Shown here piece after piece: positions 10,614 through 19,707 of a DNA stretch of 64,000 nucleotides. Every line of letters starts with the position of its first letter. Position 1 is the stretch's first letter. The stretch is from Thermofilaceae archaeon (GTDB lineage: Archaea > Thermoproteota > Thermoprotei > Thermofilales > Thermofilaceae): NCBI GenBank assembly GCA_038861545.1, contig JAWCCZ010000001.1:448001-512000 (forward strand). Direction: 5' to 3'. Both the position numbers and the translations under genes were made by a program. Under the pieces are notes generated by a model. It was not told the DNA's origin, did no database searches, and saw only the letters and a program-made list of their open reading frames with translations.

Positions 10614-10628
10614 CGAAAAATTTAAATA
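10614..10628 (+). promoter_or_regulatory. BRE-TATA promoter upstream of a candidate ncRNA
   Basis: CGAAAAA-TTTAAATA; the TATA starts 30 nt before the GGGTAGCCG terminal stem at 10651. The next CDS (10861) has its own TATA near 10830. Confidence 0.55.
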
Positions 10629-10650
10629 TTGATATAGGTCCTAATACATA

Positions 10651-10823
10651 GGGTAGCCGGGACCTAAACTGGATATCAGGATCATTGAACAGAAACAGTA
10701 TCGAATCAGGATAGCTGCGATGTTAGGTTACGGTTATCTTGTACGTTGCTGGCCGCGACTTCAAAGTTCTATGCGGCCGGCTCTTAAATCCCGCGCGGGA
10801 GTGGGGGGAACCTCGGCTACCCC
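10651..10823 (+). ncRNA. Candidate structured non-coding RNA of unknown class
   Basis: 9-bp terminal helix GGGTAGCCG/CGGCTACCC; internal stems GACCTAA/TTAGGTT, GGCCGCG/TGCGGCC and TCCC-GCGC-GGGA; dedicated promoter; no credible ORF. Confidence 0.55.
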
Positions 10824-10860
10824 GATATGTTTTAAAGTATAACTGGAAGATAAGTTAAGT

Positions 10861-11082
10861 ATGTTATCTACAGGTTTTATCGGGCTGCTTCTCAGCGCGC
10901 TCATAGCGTTAGCGCTAATCGCTATAGGTGTTCTGATTATAGTGTTCGTGATTAAGGCTATTATACTTCTCATACCTGCTGGCTTAGTAGCGCTAATTGT
11001 ATGGCTGCTGACGAGCGATGCTAAACTCACAGCTATTGCTTTTTTAGTAGTTGCGTTGGTATGCCTTCTTAAACGCTTGTAA
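10861..11082 (+). CDS. Small hydrophobic membrane protein
   Basis: 73 aa, almost entirely hydrophobic (2-3 TM helices); TTTTAAA about 30 nt upstream. Confidence 0.75.
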   Translation: MLSTGFIGLLLSALIALALIAIGVLIIVFVIKAIILLIPAGLVALIVWLLTSDAKLTAIAFLVVALVCLLKRL

Positions 11083-11146
11083 AGAAAAGATTGAAACCAT
11101 GCTGGTTAACCGTAGAGTTTAAACGGAAGCACAAGGCGGGTGCGGT

Positions 11147-11953
11147 GTGATAATTCGCCTTAGCAGCTTAAACTACCGAGTATGGCGGCAGCTTACAAAT
11201 TTATACTCGACACATAGACTAGCACCACACTGCTACCTTATTTATGATCTCCTTTATGAACCTGAGAATACGGATTTAATTCTCAGCCTGGAGGGGGGGC
11301 GGGTTAAGTCGTACGCACTTGTATGGAAAGGAGAGCAGAAAAACTATAGTATCCATTTCTGGAGAATTGACAGCGAGCTGCTCTCAAGTTTCACTCTCAA
11401 GCCAGCTCGAACAGCGTTGATTCAACTTTATGAAATAGAGGAAAATTATATAGAAAAAGTAGTGGAGAGGCTGAGCGAGCTAGGCTTCAATTATGCAGAG
11501 GTAAAGAGTTGCTACGACATGGTGTGCGACGAGCAAAGCTTCAAGCCTTACGACATAGGCCAACAAGTGAGAAGGCTAATGGTAAACGACGCCGAGCTAT
11601 TCGTAGAGTTAAATAAATCGAGAGGCGTGAACATCGGCTTAGAAGAAGCAAAAAAATATCTCACTAAGTTTAGGTACTACGGCTTACTAGTTAACGGTAC
11701 TCTAGCTTCAATCGCCTCAAGGTATCTAACCCTGCGTGATGTACACATTATAGGCGATGTCTACACTAAACCTGAATACAGAGGAAGAGGATACGCGAAA
11801 GCAGTTACATCAGAGGTAACTAGGGAAGCAGTATCCTCCGGCGCCACTGCTCTTCTCCACGTTGAGAAGAACAACGAAGCCGCTATCAAAGTATACAAAA
11901 GCTTGGGATTCAAAATAATTTCAGAAAGACCTTGGATTAACGCTGAATCTTAA
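11147..11953 (+). CDS. GNAT acetyltransferase (FR47-like C-terminal domain)
   Basis: VYTKPEYRGRGYA and N.AAIKVYKSLGF motifs. Confidence 0.88.
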   Translation: MIIRLSSLNYRVWRQLTNLYSTHRLAPHCYLIYDLLYEPENTDLILSLEGGRVKSYALVWKGEQKNYSIHFWRIDSELLSSFTLKPARTALIQLYEIEENYIEKVVERLSELGFNYAEVKSCYDMVCDEQSFKPYDIGQQVRRLMVNDAELFVELNKSRGVNIGLEEAKKYLTKFRYYGLLVNGTLASIASRYLTLRDVHIIGDVYTKPEYRGRGYAKAVTSEVTREAVSSGATALLHVEKNNEAAIKVYKSLGFKIISERPWINAES

Positions 11954-12170
11954 ATTTTATTTTAATTAAAAGATTTCAATTTACATATTTGCTTCTTGGT
12001 TTTCAATAGTTTCATATCTTAAATGAGAAATTGAAAGAATTTTTTATAATGGTTTATTCTTAGATCGTCAACATACTCTTGTAGCACAAGTATATGTAAA
12101 ACAACGTGTTAACTTAACATGGTTTACAGAGTAAAATAACATTTATTTAAGATAAAACAATCCAATATGT

Positions 12171-15100
12171 GTGCCAAAGCCGCGCAGATTTCTGGAAGTA
12201 GTTTTAATTTCACTTATTGTGCTAAGCTTTTTCTTTATCCCTCAATACTTCAGAGAAAGGTGGTATGGACCTGTGGCACCAAGTTATACTCCTACTGTTG
12301 GCTTTTTCGAGATTAACGGTCAACCAGTGTTTATCTTTAGCGGGGAAATGCACTACTTTCGAATCCCCCGAGATCTATGGTACGATCGGCTTCTCAAAGC
12401 TAGGCGAGCTGGCTTAAATACTGTAGCCAGCTACATTGCATGGAACTGGCACGAACCAAGAGAAGGGCTCAAGCTATTCGGTGAGGAAAGTGTCGATGGT
12501 TTTTATGAATCTGATGCCTTTAGCAGGGACTTAGATAGCTATATCCAGACAGCATCTAGCTTGGGTCTTTACTTTATCGCTAGGCCTGGACCCTATATTT
12601 GTTCTGAATGGGATAGCGGCGGTCATCCAAACTGGCTTTACACGAAGAACCCGGTCTTAAGGTCTTTAGATCCCACCTACATGGCATATACAGAGGGTTG
12701 GTACAGTACAATTATTCCCCTTGTCGAGAAATACTCGGTAACGAAAGGTGGACCTGTTCTCATGGTGCAAGTAGAGAACGAATACTTTTGGGGCGATGCC
12801 AACTACATAGTAAAACTATACGAGGTGGCAAAAAGGTATACTGAGGATCTTCCCATAGTAACTAACGAGGATTGGCACGTTGAGAGTACTCCGGTTATCA
12901 ACACCATCGACGATTATCCCTCTCCTTGGGATATTGCTGGTTTCGACGGTAAGGTTCGAAGCTATGTGCGAACTCAACCTGGGATGCCGAAGATGCATAT
13001 GGAGCTTGAAGGAGGCTGGTTTTCAACCTTCGGTGCTCCGCTGCCCACGAATAGGGGGAGTTTTCCCGCCGCTTGGACTGAAACCCTTGTGAAGACTTCA
13101 ATTGGACTTGGCGTTAACGCAGTAAACATGTACATGTTTCACGGTGGGACTAATCCGGGATACTACACGGGCAAGTATATTACTACCACATATGATTACG
13201 AGGCGGCGATTAGCGAGTGGGGCTACCTACGTGACAGATATTACGCGTTAAAGCGTGTAGCGATGTTTACTCGAACGTTTAATGATCTCTTAGTTGCCAC
13301 GAAACCGGCTGAAGGGCTAGTACAGGTTTCAGAAAGCGGCATAGACATATTCCCAAGAGTTAGTGATGGAGGTGGAGCTTTAGCGGTACTCAGAAACCTC
13401 GGCGACCAACCCCGTTCCGTGCGGTTAAAGTACCACGACGAGGTTTACCCCTACACAGGCTCCATTCATATTCCCGCAAAAAACGCTAAGACGGTGATTT
13501 TGAACTACACTATTCCGGGAACGCCTTTCAAAATAACCTATACAGCATCAGAACCTTTATTGAAGCTGGTTAACGGTGCGAATGTGTTACTGGTAGTCTA
13601 TGGTGATCCGGGAGAAGTCGGAGGGCTGGCAGTAGAGGCTGAAAATCAGCTTTCAGTTGAGTACACCAGCGGCGTGAATGTCGAGCGGAGAGGGAAAGCC
13701 GCTATAGTAACCTGCACTCATGGCAGTTCTGACGGAGTAGTCGTTTTTAGCTCAAGTGGCTTTACTTTAACTATTATTGCAACCTCAAGGGAAAGAGCTG
13801 AGAGAACATGGTTAATAGATGAATTCAGCGAACCCTATCTGCTTATCTCTAATTTATACTTCGTTGGTACAGCTTCTAAAGCTGGGGGCAAGCTTCGGCT
13901 AGAGCTGGAGCTCGATGAGCGCAGCGCTGGCACGGTTCTTCTCTATAGCCCTCACCCACCGCAAAGCCTTATGATTGATGGGCATGAGGTACCCCTCTTC
14001 CAAGTTTACGGAAACTTGTACAGGTTTGAGGTTGAAGTACCGAGCCGCCATTCACCGTCAGTAGAGGAGAAAGGCTGGATAACAAGATTAGAGAAGGAGT
14101 ACAGGGCAGGTACCGCGGTTACGGCTGGAATGCCGCTGGAGTTTGCTGGTATCCTTGATAACGGTTATGTTACGTATTCTATTGAGTTCAGCGTTAGCGA
14201 AGAGGAGCTCTCAAAGGATTGCAGCCTCTACTTAAGCTATTTTAATGACTTTGCCACTGTTTTACTTAACGGTATACCTCTGGCGTCAGCTTACCACAGC
14301 ATAGAGGTGGACGTCTCGAGAGCGCTTAAACCCGGCTCTAACGAGCTGCGCGTAATCCTTGAATCAATTGGACACCCTAACGACGGGCAAGTCTATGTCC
14401 CGAATGGAATCGTGGGAGGCGTTTACTTGGGCAAGCTTCACGAGGAGGAGCTTAAAGGGTGGTTACGTATCGGTTTCTCAATTCCCTATGGTAAAGAATT
14501 CAGCCTTACACAGTTCCTATATAAACCGGAACTCCTTGAGAACATATTAAATGATCCGAACTTAGAGCAAAAAGCCGAAAAGGTAGATTTGATAGATGGA
14601 GGGGGATTATACGTTAAAAAGCTGCAAATTGAGAGAAAGGAAGGGCGCTATATCCTAGTATTTACTACACGAGCGTTGCTTTTCGTGAATAAGCACTATT
14701 TAGGTGTTTACTTAGGTCCAGTGGATTTGACAGAGTACTTGAAAGAGGGGGAGAACGAAATTGCTATCGCAGCTGAATGGTTACCCCGAGGTAATCCTCT
14801 GTTCAAAGTTTACAGCTTGAAGATAGAAGGCGAATGGAGAGTAGCTCCTGGCACAACGGGCTTAGCGGATGGATGGTACAAAGTAGGGCTTGATGAGAGT
14901 CTTTGGAGTGCCACTGATCCCCCACTTGAGGTAAGAGACTTCGAAGGTCGCATAATATGGCTTCGGTGCAGGTTTAGGATAGAGCCGGGGCAGGATGTAA
15001 GCGCGCCGTTGAAGTTGAAGGTTAACGCTCGAGGTGTTAGGATGCTTCTCTACTTTAACGGGCAGTTCCTTGGGAGATTCGTGAGTGAGGGTCCGCAAAC

Positions 15101-15254
15101 CGATTTTTACATTCCGGAGTCACTCGTTAAATCTGGCGATAACTTAGTGGCCATCATGATGCATGTCGTAAGCAGTTATGCTCGAATCGAGTTCATCGGT
15201 ATTGAACCGTACTACGTTCATCCAATATCGATGGTCGAGTTATCTCCCGGCTGA
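12171..15254 (+). CDS. GH35 beta-galactosidase with N-terminal signal/membrane anchor
   Basis: SGEMHYFR, WNWHEP, RPGPYICSEW, QVENE (acid/base), MELEGGWF (nucleophile), YMFHGGTN, YDYEA, GPQTDFYIP; hydrophobic N-terminus. Confidence 0.92.
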   Translation: MPKPRRFLEVVLISLIVLSFFFIPQYFRERWYGPVAPSYTPTVGFFEINGQPVFIFSGEMHYFRIPRDLWYDRLLKARRAGLNTVASYIAWNWHEPREGLKLFGEESVDGFYESDAFSRDLDSYIQTASSLGLYFIARPGPYICSEWDSGGHPNWLYTKNPVLRSLDPTYMAYTEGWYSTIIPLVEKYSVTKGGPVLMVQVENEYFWGDANYIVKLYEVAKRYTEDLPIVTNEDWHVESTPVINTIDDYPSPWDIAGFDGKVRSYVRTQPGMPKMHMELEGGWFSTFGAPLPTNRGSFPAAWTETLVKTSIGLGVNAVNMYMFHGGTNPGYYTGKYITTTYDYEAAISEWGYLRDRYYALKRVAMFTRTFNDLLVATKPAEGLVQVSESGIDIFPRVSDGGGALAVLRNLGDQPRSVRLKYHDEVYPYTGSIHIPAKNAKTVILNYTIPGTPFKITYTASEPLLKLVNGANVLLVVYGDPGEVGGLAVEAENQLSVEYTSGVNVERRGKAAIVTCTHGSSDGVVVFSSSGFTLTIIATSRERAERTWLIDEFSEPYLLISNLYFVGTASKAGGKLRLELELDERSAGTVLLYSPHPPQSLMIDGHEVPLFQVYGNLYRFEVEVPSRHSPSVEEKGWITRLEKEYRAGTAVTAGMPLEFAGILDNGYVTYSIEFSVSEEELSKDCSLYLSYFNDFATVLLNGIPLASAYHSIEVDVSRALKPGSNELRVILESIGHPNDGQVYVPNGIVGGVYLGKLHEEELKGWLRIGFSIPYGKEFSLTQFLYKPELLENILNDPNLEQKAEKVDLIDGGGLYVKKLQIERKEGRYILVFTTRALLFVNKHYLGVYLGPVDLTEYLKEGENEIAIAAEWLPRGNPLFKVYSLKIEGEWRVAPGTTGLADGWYKVGLDESLWSATDPPLEVRDFEGRIIWLRCRFRIEPGQDVSAPLKLKVNARGVRMLLYFNGQFLGRFVSEGPQTDFYIPESLVKSGDNLVAIMMHVVSSYARIEFIGIEPYYVHPISMVELSPG

Positions 15255-15319
15255 GCTCAATAGTATGATTTTTTAAAAATATAATAATACTTAAAAATAG
15301 GTTTTCTTTAACCTAGTTT

Positions 15320-15841
15320 ATGGATCTTAAAGCCTCAGATATAACCGCGATAGCTATTAGTGCCGCGTTCTGGTCCATACTGAACGCTATCTTAGCACCG
15401 ATATTCTGGCAGTTAACCCGTTTACCGATTTTATGCGATTTTCTGGCTAGTATATCGCTAATTTTAGCAACGTGGTGGGTTAGAAAGCCGGGTACCGCAA
15501 CTCTAGTGGGGTTTCTTGCCACAGTTCTCAACTTTATCCTCAGGCCTGGTGCTATGCACTTCCTTGGTTTCACTGTAGCCAGCGTAGTCCTCGATGTGCT
15601 CCTATGGATACTAGGTTACAGTAGATGTTTCTCGCGAACCTACAGGTCTGCACTAGTTGTAGCCGCTGGTACAGTATCCACATGGGTAGCGGGTCTAATA
15701 ATAGGTGCATTCTTCATGCCTGGTGTTTCACTTCTATATTTCTCCACTCTACATGCCCTTGGAGGCTTTATAGGAGCAGTAATCGCTGTACTCCTAGTAA
15801 AAGCAGTAGAGAAAAGAGGCATCAAACCCCTTCGAGCATAA
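15320..15841 (+). CDS. ECF transporter S-component-like membrane protein
   Basis: 173 aa with about 6 TM helices, VRKPG.ATL.G motif and basic C-terminal tail. Confidence 0.7.
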   Translation: MDLKASDITAIAISAAFWSILNAILAPIFWQLTRLPILCDFLASISLILATWWVRKPGTATLVGFLATVLNFILRPGAMHFLGFTVASVVLDVLLWILGYSRCFSRTYRSALVVAAGTVSTWVAGLIIGAFFMPGVSLLYFSTLHALGGFIGAVIAVLLVKAVEKRGIKPLRA

Positions 15842-15890
15842 GGAATCTATTGTTTTCACCTTACAATCTTTTCAGTTACCTTAACTTTGA

Positions 15891-15995
15891 GGAGGGGGAC
15901 CACCGGATAGGCTGGGCTCCCCGGAGACCTGCTCTTTGGGTGAGCCACGAGCCTTCAATAGGTCCGGTGGTCCCCAGTAAACCGAAGTTTGGGGG
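15891..15995 (-). ncRNA. Candidate structured non-coding RNA
   Basis: Perfect 13-bp inverted repeat GGGGACCACCGGA (15895-15907) / TCCGGTGGTCCCC (15963-15975), inner GGCTC/GAGCC stem, and a C(UUCG)G hairpin on the minus strand (15979-15990); GC-rich island in an AT-richer spacer. Confidence 0.55.
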
Positions 15996-16116
15996 TAGAT
16001 AGGTTTATCGTGTTTCTAAAATTTAGATATTCCAATGTAAGTTGCATCCTACTGCAGCACTGGCATGCTTTTCCGAACCGCTACGATTAAAAACTTATGA
16101 TAAAATTTCCACAGAG

Positions 16117-17337
16117 ATGTCCGAACGGACTGCAGTACTCTGCGTGCTATGCAGAGGCGCAAAGGCCCTCTGCGGCAAAAATATATGTCCAGTCTATGCT
16201 TTCTGGAATGCGGTAGAAAGCGTAAGAGCTCCAAAGGGGGTTCTAGTGAATGGTTCTTCCCCTCCTTCAGTATTCGTTGGAAGAGTAGGTTACCCCAAAG
16301 TTCGCGTTTCCCCTGCGGTCCCCCCTTTCACAGGCGATACCAGGGTATACGATGAGCCGGAGAAGTGGCTAGGCTTAGGTTTAAACGAGATCCTTAACAT
16401 GAGGTTAAGTCTTGTCCGCGGTGTAGTAGAGGTTAACGCTCAGAAATCGCAGAGCATTGAAGAGCTTCAACTTTTAGCGATTTCGTCTAGACCTGTTGAA
16501 GTCGAGCTTAGGTTCGCAAAGCCTCCAAAGCCTACAGTGAAACTGGACATATTTGTTCCACCTATGGGCCCATCCGGTCCGGTAGAAGGGTTAAGGCTTT
16601 TAGAGGATCCTAAGCCGCTACACCCCCTTGAAAAAGTATACTATGACTCAGACCTTAAGGCGAGAAACGCCATAATTTATTTATATAATAGCGGAGTGCC
16701 AGTCTCTACAATACAGAAAGCTTTATCTGTAGGAGCCCTCGGTACAGGTTTCCTTCGAAAACTTGTACCAACCCGCTGGTCGATAACTGCTGTCGATGAC
16801 ATAGTATCCAAGAGTTTAATCGATAAAGTAAAGGGATTAAAGTACCTTGACAGCTACCTGTTTTTCGAAAGAAGGTACTTGGACAATACATTCGTAGCGA
16901 TAATTGCACCCGGAGCTTGGAGCTACGAATGGATAGAAGCCTGGTTTCCCCATACTACATGGAACCCGGGTAAAATCGTTGAAGTTGAAGAGGACTGGGA
17001 GGGTTACCATGGTCGGGAAACTTATGCCTTGCTTGGAGGCTGCTACTACGCCGCTCGCCTAGCGGCTGCAGAGTACATGCTGAAGGAGGGAATTCAGGGT
17101 ATGGTTGTATTGATCAGGGAAATATACGAGGGTTTCTTCTTGCCAATAGGCGTCTGGTTTGTACGGGAGAACGTGCGTGCGCTGTTCAGGGGGGTGCCGG
17201 AGCGCTACGATACGCTAAACGAAGTACTTCAGAGGCTGGGGGGGTCCACTCGTCTTCCGCTCAGCATATGGTTGAAGAAATCTGCTTTGTTAAAAACTCT
17301 TATACGCCAGGAGAGGCTGGAATCATGGCTGAAGTAG
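16117..17337 (+). CDS. nreA: Nre-family archaeal DNA repair protein
   Basis: N-terminal CxxCRG..LCG...CP, SPPSVFVGR.GYPKV, LVPTRWSITAVDD, GGCYYAARLA, C-terminal PIP box QERLESW. Start moved to ATG 16117. Confidence 0.9.
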   Translation: MSERTAVLCVLCRGAKALCGKNICPVYAFWNAVESVRAPKGVLVNGSSPPSVFVGRVGYPKVRVSPAVPPFTGDTRVYDEPEKWLGLGLNEILNMRLSLVRGVVEVNAQKSQSIEELQLLAISSRPVEVELRFAKPPKPTVKLDIFVPPMGPSGPVEGLRLLEDPKPLHPLEKVYYDSDLKARNAIIYLYNSGVPVSTIQKALSVGALGTGFLRKLVPTRWSITAVDDIVSKSLIDKVKGLKYLDSYLFFERRYLDNTFVAIIAPGAWSYEWIEAWFPHTTWNPGKIVEVEEDWEGYHGRETYALLGGCYYAARLAAAEYMLKEGIQGMVVLIREIYEGFFLPIGVWFVRENVRALFRGVPERYDTLNEVLQRLGGSTRLPLSIWLKKSALLKTLIRQERLESWLK

Positions 17338-18164
17338 AGGTTAAGCGGATTAAAGTTAGCGGCGCTCTATCCAGGTCCGGTCTCTACGACCTGGATTATA
17401 CTTACAATCCGTATGCTGGTTGTTCTCATAACTGCCTGTACTGTTACGCTCGCTTCTACACACCTTTCCGTGAGGTTTCAGAGAACTGGGGGCGTGTGAT
17501 TTACGTGAAAAGCAATGCTTTGGAAGCTCTATCGAGGGATGTTAAACGCTATAAACGGGGAGTCGTAGGGGTTTCGACGATTACCGATCCCTACCAACCA
17601 ATTGAAGCTAGCGAAAAGCTGACGCGAAAGGGACTCGAAGTCTTCTTCAGGGAGGGATTTAGGGTTAGCATTCAGACAAAGTCGCCAATGGTGCTCAGGG
17701 ATCTGGATTTGTTATCCCAGAACAGGCGTCTCGTAGACGCTGGGTTAACAGTCACAACACTTGATCAAAGCTTAGCGAGGCTAATCGAGCCGCAGGCACC
17801 ACCTCCTTTCGAGAGAGTAAGGGCTCTGAAAACCCTCTCGGAGAACGGGGTTGAAACCTGGGTTTTCCTCGGCCCGATCATTAGAGGCGTTAACGACTCC
17901 GAGCTTAATATAAGACAGATAACCGAGGTTGCGCTTGAGACGGGATCCAGGCTTATCTACGACTACTTTAGGTTTAAGCCGGGCATGGAAAAGCAAATGT
18001 CTTTGCTTGCGGCAAAGTACCCTGGGTGCATTAGCGCGCCACCATCATGGCGAAACCTCGTTAGGGATAAGATTGAGAAAATATGTAATGAACTTGGCGT
18101 TGTATGCGAACCCGCATTTCCGGGAAGAAAAACCACTCCTATTAGGTTAACCGACTTCTACTAG
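17325..18164 (+). CDS. Radical SAM protein, SplB/Rv2578c-like (putative DNA repair)
   Basis: NPYAGCSHNCLYCYA, TDPYQPIE, IQTKS; overlaps the nre stop region. Start taken as ATG 17325. Confidence 0.88.
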   Translation: MAEVEVKRIKVSGALSRSGLYDLDYTYNPYAGCSHNCLYCYARFYTPFREVSENWGRVIYVKSNALEALSRDVKRYKRGVVGVSTITDPYQPIEASEKLTRKGLEVFFREGFRVSIQTKSPMVLRDLDLLSQNRRLVDAGLTVTTLDQSLARLIEPQAPPPFERVRALKTLSENGVETWVFLGPIIRGVNDSELNIRQITEVALETGSRLIYDYFRFKPGMEKQMSLLAAKYPGCISAPPSWRNLVRDKIEKICNELGVVCEPAFPGRKTTPIRLTDFY

Positions 18165-18192
18165 TTAATAAACAAAAAGGTAAATGCCCTGT

Positions 18193-19524
18193 TTAGATCG
18201 GTTTAACATACCCCCATTTCTCGAGAGCTCTTGCTAGTTCCTTATGACTCTGAGCGTACTCGTCTAGAGGTATACTCTGCATCGCAGCGTCGATGGCTTG
18301 CCTGACAGCCATAGCCCCGGCCGTCGGGCCGTCTGGGTGTCCCACAACTCCACCACCGACTTGGACCACTATATCGGAGCCCATGACCCGGATCACCTCG
18401 GGCAGTGTGCCTGGGTGCAAACCGCCTGAAGCCACTGGGATCGCTGGTTTCAAGTGATAGAAAGGCTGTTCTAAGTGGAGCACATCCTCCGGCTCTGGTT
18501 CGTATATTTGATCCCTCAGTACTCGAGCGTTTCTGAGTACATCGATAGTTTTCGCTTCAAGTTTACCTACTTCAGGTGTCCCCACGTGTAGCTGATCGAC
18601 ACCGATTACCCGTAACAGCTTAGCAAGCACGAACATAGATATCCCGTGGTACTGGTTTCTAGTGAAAGCTGCATGCATAGCCCTGTGAGCGTGTATAGCT
18701 AAACCGTAATCCGCGGCTAGATCCCGCACAAAGGTAAGTGCGGACCAACCGGTTACCACCACGTCGACCATTACGTACGGATTACCGTAGTCGGCTACCA
18801 GCTTTAACCTGCGTTCCATTTCCCTAACATCCGCCGTAATGTTAGCAAACCACGCTTTCCTTTCACCAGTTTCATTTTCCGCCTTATCTATAGCTCTCAT
18901 TATCGCGTGAGTGCGTTCCTCGAATCGGCAGTACTTAGGTCCAGCTAAGTTTTCATCGTCTTTAACATAGTCAAGCCCCCCTATTAACAGAGCATAAGCT
19001 AGCTTTTCAACTTCATCGGGCGAATAGCCTACCTTCGGCTTTGGTACCGTACCTGCTAGCGGTCTATCCCTTACACCCATTATTTCTTGAACCCCCCATA
19101 AACCTCTGTGAGGTCCTTTAAAGTGTTCGAGAAACACTTTAGGAAAGTATATGTCCTCAAGCCTTAAGCCTTTAACCCTCCTCATTCCGAACACGTTACC
19201 AGCCACAGAGGCAAGGAAAGCCGGTATGTTGGTTTCCTCAAAAAGCTCGAGTGGGTATGCGACTCTAAGAGCGTAACTGCCGTCTCCGAGCGGTTGAATA
19301 AGGTAGGCTTTCCCCATTAACTTGTTTAAGCGGGCGGCATCGTACCAGGCGTAAAGGGTGGTCCACGTGCCCGTACTGCTCTCAGCCGCTACTCCACCTG
19401 CAGCGTCCTCTGCGGTGAACCCCTCGGCAGGTGTGAACCGAAAAGAGACTATTACGTCGGTTCGCGGATCGGGTTGATACCCTATTTTTACGAACTCGGG
19501 ATATGGTTCAAACTCAACTGGCAT
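18193..19524 (-). CDS. rbcL: Form III ribulose-1,5-bisphosphate carboxylase
   Basis: AAESSTGTWT, GTVPKPKVG, GLDYVKDDE, HAHRAMHA, GKLE, SGGLHPG, QVGGG. Start placed at ATG 19524 (MPVEF). Confidence 0.95.
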   Translation of the reverse strand: MPVEFEPYPEFVKIGYQPDPRTDVIVSFRFTPAEGFTAEDAAGGVAAESSTGTWTTLYAWYDAARLNKLMGKAYLIQPLGDGSYALRVAYPLELFEETNIPAFLASVAGNVFGMRRVKGLRLEDIYFPKVFLEHFKGPHRGLWGVQEIMGVRDRPLAGTVPKPKVGYSPDEVEKLAYALLIGGLDYVKDDENLAGPKYCRFEERTHAIMRAIDKAENETGERKAWFANITADVREMERRLKLVADYGNPYVMVDVVVTGWSALTFVRDLAADYGLAIHAHRAMHAAFTRNQYHGISMFVLAKLLRVIGVDQLHVGTPEVGKLEAKTIDVLRNARVLRDQIYEPEPEDVLHLEQPFYHLKPAIPVASGGLHPGTLPEVIRVMGSDIVVQVGGGVVGHPDGPTAGAMAVRQAIDAAMQSIPLDEYAQSHKELARALEKWGYVKPI

Positions 19525-19707
19525 CCAAATGCTATGCCGGGCAAATACTTTAGGATAGCGCTTAAACAACCAGCTACTCTCGCTTGCTGTGTATTTTACC
19601 GAGCAGCTCGGCACGCTTATACCCAGGCCCTTTATCCGTCAACGTAGGCTTAGCGTTCCTAAGAACGCGGAGTTGCTCAAAGGGGTGAGTCGCCTATGTT
19701 CTTCCCC

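Noticed and set aside
10651-10823. tRNA-Sec interpretation (9-bp terminal helix, CTTCAAA in a hairpin loop, GC hairpin like a variable arm)
   Set aside because: No T-arm/TTCRA loop, the loop is 14 nt rather than 7, and I could not define BHB introns that restore a cloverleaf; kept only as an unknown ncRNA
10651-10823. RNase P or SRP RNA
   Set aside because: Lacks the GAGGAAAGUCC and ACAGAA..GGCUUA P4 strands and the SRP helix 8 GNRA motif on both strands
15625-16002. 125-aa ORF spanning the structured element
   Set aside because: Out-of-frame overlap with the ECF gene and atypical composition; the region is better explained as RNA structure
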